Positions 55,220-64,000 of a stretch of DNA of 64,000 nucleotides are shown piece after piece. Where the stretch lies: assembly GCF_009914755.1 (NCBI RefSeq), contig NC_060947.1; one strand, written 5' to 3'. The notes under the pieces were generated by a model. That model was not told the origin of the DNA and did not search any database. It saw nothing but the letters and a program-made list of their open reading frames with translations. The stretch's first letter is position 1; every line of letters starts with the position of its first letter. The stretch is from the human T2T-CHM13v2.0 reference genome, Homo sapiens. Position numbers and translations under genes: made by a program.

Positions 55220-55531
55220 CAGTGGTTTACCCCTTATCTGTAGGGGATACATTCCAAGACTCCCAGTGGATGTCTGAAACTGCAGATAGTACTGAGCCCT
55301 ATATAAACTATATGTACTTGTGATAAATTTTAATTTATAAATTTGGCGCAGTTAAGAGATTAAAAATCATGAATAAAAATAGAACAATTATAACAATACA
55401 TTGTAATGAAAATCATGTGAATGTGATCTTTCTTTCTCTCTCTTAAAATATCTTATTGTATTGTAGTCACCTATTTTCAGACAGCAGTTGACCATGGGTC
55501 ACTGAAACTGGGGAAAGCAAAACTGTGGATA
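55220..55531 (+). mobile_element. MER44A (Tigger7-derived) DNA transposon
   Basis: cccttatctgtaggggatacattccaagactcccagtggatgtctgaaactgcagatagtactga...gaaagcaaaactgtggata. Confidence 0.85.
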
Positions 55532-56463
55532 TTTTGTTCCACCACTGTGGAGATGTACATTATGACTACATCATTACCACCATCTGTGGTTTTCCTTTAA
55601 GGGTGAGACTATTTATATGCAAATTCAAACACCCCCCCCCCCCCAACAAGGAGGCCATATTTAGATTACCTCCTGGAAAGTTACTTAACTCTCTGGAATT
55701 TGAATTTAAATAAAGAGTAGACTTCTTATTTCATTTTGGGTTTTGAGAACTATATCAAGAGCTCAATATCCTGTGAATGAAATACTGATCATGCAAACAC
55801 AGCCAAAGATTGTCTAGGGAAAATGCTGAAGGGAACTTTCCAAATCCACTATAGTTCTTCTTTCTTACCATTCCATTTATGGGCTGTCCACTTACTCCCT
55901 GGCATCTGTCCTGTGCCCCTTTCTGATTGTAAGTACAGTCAACAATGATACAGGCAAAGTCATTCGCTTATCTGTTTCTTTAAGACTCCAGTGCAATGAT
56001 ACGATTAGACTTCCAAATTCTCATAAGTCAAAAGGTACAAATCCCTGAAAACTGCTGAATGAGTATTGAAGTGTTGGCAGTTACAGCTTATGATAGAATT
56101 TTTATTTTCAAAAGAGAAATTTAATTCAGGGATATCACTATACGTATATCCTTTTATTTCCTTTTTGGGAACTCTATAAGAAGCCATACTTGTTTCATTG
56201 CTGGATCTCTTATTTCCTGGAATAATACTTGTCACACAGTAGGTCAACAAATATTTGGTTAATTTATGTATTGAGAGAATTGCTTGGCACAATTCAACCC
56301 TCTCAAAGTTTATGCAGGTGAGCACCGTGCAGTATAGTCTCCTTTGGCAGCAAGAGCTTAATATCTGATTTTGAGAGAGCTGAGAATGATACGCAAAACA
56401 GCATTAGTTTCTTCCCTATATTTTTAATTACAGTAATGCTGTCTTTTAAAATAAGACTCCTGA

Positions 56464-56810
<347 letters not shown>

Positions 56811-58764
56811 CACTGCTTTATTTTCAAGCAGAAAACATACACAACACCTTCAGATGGATGCTAAAGTAGAAATAAACTGTTTAAAAATGATTGTCATGTG
56901 GTATGTCTGAGAAGAAAATAAGCATCACAGGATCACAAAATCTGTTAAATATCTGTCTCCAATCATGACTTGAAGTTGCACTCTTTCAAGTATGCTAAAC
57001 TGCAGTTTTCCTTTAAAGTTCAAACCGTAATTATAATGTAAAAACCCAGGAAGTATACAGCAAACCGTAAGTATCCTAAACAAACTTAAATCTTGAAAAG
57101 TGCAAATCTCATCCCCAAAAGCCTTTGCTCAAACACATTCTGCAACTGTGGTTTATAGGCTAAAACACAGACTTGTCTGTGTACCGTGTAATGTCCTTTG
57201 CAAAGTTTTCCTAACCTACCTGTCTGGCCCATGCTATCACCCTCCATCTGGAGGCCTGGGATCCCAAAGCTTTTGCCACTTAATATTGGTTGCCATTCTC
57301 CAAGCTGGCTTTTCCAGACTGAGGTCATCTCTTCTGTTTCTATAAAACTTTTAAAATACAGTTATTATGGAAATTTAAAACTATTATGCTATATCATAAC
57401 TTTGAGGTTTATGTATCTATCTCTCCCTGCACTAGACTGGCTTTCTTGAGTGCTGGAAATATGATTGATTCCTTATTCCCTCACATAAAGGCAGGCATCT
57501 GCCTCCCTGACTGAGGTAGGGTCACTGCACAAGTAGTATTGTTTTCCTCAATGTTGAAACTTTTGGTCTGCAGCACTGTCCTGAAACTTAAGAAAACTAT
57601 GTTGAATGAGCCAAAGAAGGCTGATATTCAGGGAACAGTAAATTTTAAGGAAAAGCAGTTTTGCCTGTAGGGAACCATGTCTTATGGTGGGCTTTTCTCT
57701 TGAGGGTATTCTGAAAGGGAGGCAATTACTAAATCCTTGGCTATGATCTTCAAAGGGCTTCTGCCCTGTGGAAACCAAGAGGCTTTCTTAGAGACCATCA
57801 GCCCTTGCCATACACAATCCAATGCTCATGTCCTCCATTTGACAGCCGCTTGCTAAATTCCTCCGTCACCTCAGTAACCTATGTCTTAGAGTGATATAGA
57901 ATCCGCCAAATCTATATATCAAACAGAGATTACCATGAGAGTAACAATGTAATTGAAGGCACTTCTTAAATTATGAAGTGCTTTGTTATGTTATGACTAC
58001 TGTTATTATCATCAACAACCCTAACATCATCTCTAATAACAACTCCTTTTAACATCCTTCTTTTAATACACTATGGGTCAAATTATAATTATATTAATAA
58101 ATATGTTATGTCTCAACTTTACTGATGACAATATAAAATAAGTTTAATTAGAGCTCTACTCATAACTAAATAACATTTTTATGAATAAAAGAAGTTTCAT
58201 CTTCATCACTTAATATATTTAAGGTCTCTTAGGAAGACCTTGTCCTGTAGTCAGTGGTATTATTCTTTTTATTAGTTTCCTCAAGATTTATTAGGCAGAG
58301 CAGTGACTTAATGTTTTTGGCTTAACATTTCTAACTTCTAGCTGATGAACAGTAAAAAAAATATGGTGTTTGAATCCCAGATTCTTCATTTATTAGCTTT
58401 ATGATTTGGGATAAAGCGTTTAAACTTTCCGAAATTTTTGTCTAAGAGTTATAAGAATACCTTTTCTACCTATCTTGCTGGGAGTATTTCAAAATCACAT
58501 GAAGTCATATTCTTGGTAATTTTTAAAACAGCATGCAAAAGCAAGGCACTAAACCAACTTTATAAATTACTGCAATGAAATAAATCTTGTATTACATCTT
58601 TCTGTGTATATTCTTGTAAAGTTGATTTTGTACTATTTTCCAAAAGTATTAGTTTTCTGAACTGGCTTCTTAATTTTCTAAAACTTATACTTCCTTACAC
58701 TCACCATATTACAACCTTGTGACACTCAACCAGAAATCACCCAACACACACATACACATACAAC

Positions 58765-59133
58765 TGTGTTAGTCCCTTCTTGCATTGCTATAAAGAAATA
58801 CCTGAAACTGGGTGCTTTAAAAAGAAAAGGGGTTTTCTTTTGACTTACGGTTCTGCAGGCTGTACAGGAAGCATGTCACTGGCATCTACTTCTGGTGAGA
58901 GCCTCAGGAAGTTTACAACCAACCATGGTGGAAGGCAAAGGGGAGAGCAGGAAACAGGTGGGGGTTGAGGTCTCATACTCTTTTAAACAACCACATATAG
59001 CATGAACTAACTTGTCACCAAAGGGATCATTCATGAAGGATCCACCCACATGATCCAATCACACCTACCAGGCCCTGCCTCCAACATTGGAAATCACATT
59101 TCAATATAAGATTCGGAGGTGATAAACATCCAA

Positions 59134-59140
<7 letters not shown>
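58765..59140 (-). mobile_element. MSTA/MSTB MaLR solo LTR
   Basis: tgtgttagtcccttcttgcattgctataaagaaatacctga...ggttctgcaggctgtacaggaagcatg...aaacatccaagccatctc. Confidence 0.88.
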
Positions 59141-59223
<83 letters not shown>

Positions 59224-59234
59224 ACACACACACA
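59138..59234. repeat. Compound (CT)n(CA)n microsatellite, the DMD STR44 (DXS1238) marker
   Basis: Flanks match the recalled STR44 primers TCCAACATTGGAAATCACATTTCAA (59080-59104) and TCATCACAAATAGATGTTTCACAG (reverse, 59256-59279); 200-bp amplicon. Confidence 0.85.
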
Positions 59235-59976
59235 GTCGCAATTAAAACAAAAAATCTGTGAAACATCTATTTGTGATGAATGCTGATATTTTCTATTTTG
59301 TTTCACTAAAAATCAAAGGCCGGTGTTGATCCACAAACTGAGTTTATGATTCACAGTTTGGACAATGAACACTAGCATACTAGATTTAAAAAATGAAATT
59401 AACCAAAACAAAACCAACAATAAAATAAAAAATGTCCTCAGCATTATTTTGTGCCATTTCTTTCCATGCATCCAACACGCTTACCAAGAGTTCCTCTCAT
59501 CTTGTCATTATCATACCACAAGTTTTTCTGACACCATCACTTTTCAACTTTTTCTCATTTTCATGGATTTACAATTCTCTCCCTTATTTTCATATCGCTC
59601 TCTCTATGAAGCTTTCCCAATTCTTCTGGCTAGTTACTCTTTGGGTTGCCTCTGCTCTGACTCATCAATGGTGTACCGACCTCTATTATATCTATTAGAT
59701 GCTATTTTTATGGCTTAAATGTCCATTTGCTAATTATACCACTTAAATGTTTCAATTGTTTAAATGTCCATCAATTTCAGCAAACCTTGGATTATATGTG
59801 AATAGGTTAGGATTGTATCAATTTCAATATCCTGAGCACCTAGCATAGAGCCTGACACAGAGCAGCTCCAAAAGTAAAAGTTTTCTGAATAAATGTGTTG
59901 ATGTTAAAGGTTAGGTGAAATGTAGAGAAGTGTCAAAGTACACAAGATGTTCAGGTTTTCTAAGATAAAGGTAATC

Positions 59977-61239
59977 TCCCTGGTGTGATTCTGTCCTGCA
60001 CAGCTGTTCTCTTGAGCAGTGGTCCTTTATCATCATCTGCCCTCTCTCCCACCTAAGTGCGTCCTGCCACCTGATGGACGATGATGGACATGAGTCCTCT
60101 GAGGCCCCAAAACTATCTTTTTGGTTGTGAACTAAAGGCCGACAAAGATGATCACTTTAAGGTGGATAATAATGAAATTGAGCAACAGTTATCTTTAAGA
60201 ACGGTCAGTTTAGGGGCTGGGGCAAAGGATAAATTGCACATTGTTGAAGCAGAGGCAATGAGTTACAAAGGCAGTCCAATTAAAGTAACACTGGCAGCTT
60301 TGAAAATGTCTGTACAGCCCATGGTTTCCCTTGAGGGCTTTGAAATAACACCATCAGTGGTCTTACGGTTGAAGTGTGGTTCAGGGCCAGTGCATGTGAG
60401 TGGACAGCATTTAGTAGCTGGGGAGGAAGATACAGAGTCAGAAGACGAACAGGAGGAGGATGTGAAACTCATAAGTATATCTGGAAAGCGATCTGCCCCT
60501 GGAGGTGGTAGCAAGGTTCCACAGAAAAAAGTAAAACTTGCTGCTGATGAAGATGATGATTTTGATGATGATGATGATTTTGATGATGAGGAAACTGAAG
60601 AAAAAGCGCCAGTGAAGAAATCTATATGAGATACTCCAGCCAAAAATGCACAAAAGTCAAATCGGAATGGAAAAGACTCAAAACCGTCAACACCAAGATC
60701 AAAAGGACAAGAATCCTTCAAAACAAGGAAAAACTCCTAAAACACCCAAAGGACCTAGTTCTGTAGAAGACATTAAAGCAAAAATGCAAGCAAGTATAGA
60801 AAAAGGTGGTTCTCTTCCTAAAGTGGAAGCCAAGTTCATGAATTATGTGAAGAATTGCTTCCAGATGACTGACCAGAGGCTATTCAAGATCTCTGGCAGT
60901 GGAGGAAGTCTCTCTAAGAAAATAGTTTAAACAATTTGTTAAAAATTTTCCATCTGATTTCGTTTCTGTAACAGTTGATATCTGGCTGTCGTTTTGATAA
61001 TGCAGAGTGAGAACCTTCCCTACCATGTTTGATAAATGTTGTCCAGATTCCATTGCCAAGAATGTGTTGTCCAAAATGCCTGTTTAGTTTTTAAAGATGG
61101 AACTCCACCCTTTGCTTGGTTTTAAGGATGTATGGAATGTTATGCTAGGACATAGTAGTAGCAGTGGTCAGACATGGAAATGGTGGGTAGACAAAAGTAT
61201 ACATGTAAAATAAAAGTATTTTAATAAAGTAAAAAAAAT
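59977..61239 (+). pseudogene. NPM1P8: Full-length processed nucleophosmin (NPM1, long isoform) pseudogene, probably NPM1P8
   Basis: Intronless NPM1 5' UTR, CDS and 3' UTR. Translation includes [20 protein letters not shown]...KAPVKKSI and [26 protein letters not shown] at 61223-61228, A-tail at 61231-61238, 13-bp TSD GATAAAGGTAATC at 59964-59976 and 61240-61252. Disabled by an 8-nt loss after the ATG (60074), CGA>TGA at 60627 and two frameshifts (~60725, ~60875). The pseudogene number is from memory. Confidence 0.95.
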
Positions 61240-61328
61240 GATAAAGGTAATCACATTAGAAGATTCATCTCTTGGGTGCAACAGCTAGGGTAGCCTCCCA
61301 AGCCCTGTGTGGTAGTAGTCAGTATCAC

Positions 61329-61674
61329 TACTATGGTTTCAATGTTTTTCCCTCCAAAACTGATGTTGAAATTTAATTGCCATTGTGACAGTATTAAGGG
61401 GTGGGAGCTTTAGGAGGTGATTAAGGATTGAGGGCTCCACCCTCACGAGTGGGTTTGGTTCCCTTATAAAAGTGGGAGTTCAGCCCCCTTTTGATCTTTC
61501 TTGCCCTCTAATCGTCCATCATGTGATGACATATCAAGTAGGCCCTCGCCAGAGGCTGACACCTTAATGTTAGACTTCCTAGTCTCCAGAACTGTGAGCC
61601 AATACATTTTTGTTCATTACAAATTATTACCTAGCCTTAGGTACTTTGTTACAGCAGCACAAAACGTATTAAGA
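61329..61674 (+). mobile_element. MST (MSTB1/C/D-like) MaLR solo LTR
   Basis: tactatggtttcaatgt...tccaaaactgatgttgaaatttaattgcc...gtctccagaactgtgagccaatacattt...gttacagcagcacaaaa. Confidence 0.8.
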
Positions 61675-64000
61675 GAGTTACCTACTTATCTTTTCTGAAC
61701 ATCATTACAATTCCATTTCAAAATTTCTGCTCTTAATGATATCCCAAGGAGACTAGAAAATATTTCAACAGTTCAGCCACTCTTCAATGAAATTATCTTG
61801 CGTGGTCATGTACTCGTTAAATTGCCCTGACCATTCTTTGAAGGATAGCACTGGTTATGAGATTAAATTTGAAAGTTCCTATGAACTATCAGTTGAGTGA
61901 ATTTGCTTATTATAGCATATATCTTAATCATATGTTCATAAGCCTCCATTAAGCCAGGCTGCACAGTTTATTTTTTTAACAATTGCATTGTTTTAAAGTT
62001 ACAGTTGTTTCAGCAATCCATTACTAGTATTTAAAAGTACACACATTGTCCTTTTGTAAATACATACAACAGCCATAAATTATAAAAAAATAGAAATTCA
62101 AGGATAAAATGTTTGAAAAATGTGTTATTTAAGATTAGCAGTAAAATTGGATTTTCAAATAAATCCATGTTAACTAGGATTTACAATACAAGCCTGTACT
62201 ATGAGTTGTAAAGCCAGGATTTTGAGAACTATGCTGCCACATTAAATTTATTCATTTTCACAGCCTGCAGACATTTTAATGCCTGAGTAGCAATAAGAAC
62301 AAATTACCAAAAAAACTTTTAATAGGGTATAATAAATTAAGACTGAATGGTAATGCAAACGTGGGTACAACAGGACAAAATTATGAATCTCATATAATGA
62401 CCCAACAACACTTAGAGTGTGGAAACAACGTTGGTATTCTGGGATATACGACCACGGTTAATCCTAATTGTTTTTCCCTTGTCAAATAGAAATTGCACAT
62501 CAATCTCAAAGTATTACAAACTGTTCATTACATGCAAATGGTTATGTTCTGCAGGCTCTCCAAGGGGACTCAACCTTCTTTACAAAAGGAGCCAGGCTAG
62601 AAGCAGAGTTTCTCTAATGACAGTAAGTATCCATTAGAGTTCCTCATATATAAGCAAGAGAGACTGCCTCTGATTCCCAAAGTCAGGTTTTCCCAAGTCA
62701 GACTAGGTATCCCAGAGGTGTAATGGAGGACTGTCAATTAGGGGGCAGGAAAAATAACAGCTGGAAAAACAACCCACCATTTGTCCTAGGCCAGATCCAG
62801 TACTTTCTGGAGTGTTTACTTACTGCCCTTTGCTTTAGACGTTGTGCCTTAAGACGTTGAACTCATGAGACTGTGAGCTCATAAAGAGAAAAGGAGCTCT
62901 TAGTCAGCTCTGTATTCCTAGCAGCAAGCAGTATCTGCTTTGCACACAGTAGGATCACAATATATGTTTGTTACATGGGTTCTGGTATTTAACATATGCT
63001 CCAATGGGTAAGAGAACAGGGCCATCATATTGTTAAAGTATCAGACAATGTGAAAATTTTAAGTGCTCTGTACACAGAAGAGGTGAAGGAAGCTCAATGT
63101 AAGAGAGAATGTTTTGGCTATGAAAAGCAAGGACAAACTTGGAGATCATTTGTCTCAGGTAATACAATAAAAGTATCATTTTTAAATTTATTTATGTATT
63201 TATTCGTTCTACTGAATATTACATTTTCAATATATGAATCAATTTTTCTACGTACCGAGGTATATTGGTGATCGAGAAAGACCAAGTACCCAAAATATGT
63301 TCATTCTAATGGAAAAGATAATAAACATGAAAACACATACTACAGTTTCAGCAAGTGACAGAGTTATGAAGAAAGTTAAGCAGATCTCCCAGAAAGAGTT
63401 CAATTTTGTGTGTGTGCATGTGTGCGTACGTGTGTGCTTTCTTTAAGATGGGGGAGTTACAAAAGGCATATCTGTGAATATAAAATTAGAGCACAAATAT
63501 ATATAAAGGGAAGTGTACAAAAATTCTGAGAGGGAGTAGATTGGGACATGGTGAGAAACTGGAGATAGGGTAGAGCCCTCTGGTAGAGAGAAAAGCAAAT
63601 TTAAAGGTAGAAACAAGCATTCTAGGGAACAGTAAGAAGGGATGTGAAAAGAAAACACGAAGATCAATATGGCTGGAACATCGTCCTTGCAAAATATTAT
63701 TTCATGAAAATTACTTCTATTAACTTTAATCTTACATTTCATTAAATGACAATTTCTGCTTCTCATTGCTTCCAGAATGATGGTGCGCAGTTTTGTTTTG
63801 ATTTTTTCTATTTGGAATTTGCAATCAGCATTCTTCTCATTTTTTGTAGTCTCTTACTCTCTTGATAATTTCATGCTCTAAGAATGGGAATCCCTTAGGG
63901 ATGACATGTTTATCCTGCATTTTAAGCAGTTCTTTACCGTGGTTACTACAGTAAGTTATGTTTTTTTGTTCTTGCTTCTTTCCAATAATGTATGAAAATC

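Noticed and set aside
55632-55644. C13 homopolymer
   Set aside because: Isolated slippage run with no supporting context.
60263-60721. 152-aa minus-strand Ser-rich ORF
   Set aside because: Antisense shadow of the NPM1 acidic-tract codons.
60646-60930. 94-aa ORF containing NPM1 C-terminal sequence
   Set aside because: Frameshift fragment of the pseudogene, not a separate gene.

Overview
Human (primate) AT-rich intronic DNA with no intact protein-coding exon. Three landmarks, recalled from memory and not database-checked, place the window in intron 44 of dystrophin (DMD, transcribed on the - strand here): (i) the non-coding first exon of the Dp140 isoform at ~9579-9687, ending in an AG|GTAGGC donor; (ii) both primer sites of the STR44/DXS1238 marker around a (CT)n(CA)n tract at 59080-59279; (iii) a full-length processed NPM1 pseudogene with poly(A) and a 13-bp target-site duplication (TSD) at 59977-61239. 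The rest is a repeat mosaic of Alu, L1, L2, MIR, THE1/MST MaLR LTRs, an LTR12F-like solo LTR, MER DNA transposons and microsatellites. I found no evidence of a new gene system. The most notable structures are fossil rearrangements: a ~190-bp inverted duplication joined to an Alu just upstream of the Dp140 exon; a THE1D provirus whose 5' LTR is replaced by a 165-bp host duplication; a 19-bp templated insertion copied from 2 kb away; and nested fold-back palindromes. There is also a strong-Kozak uORF in Dp140 exon 1. Repeat subfamily calls were made by eye and need RepeatMasker confirmation.
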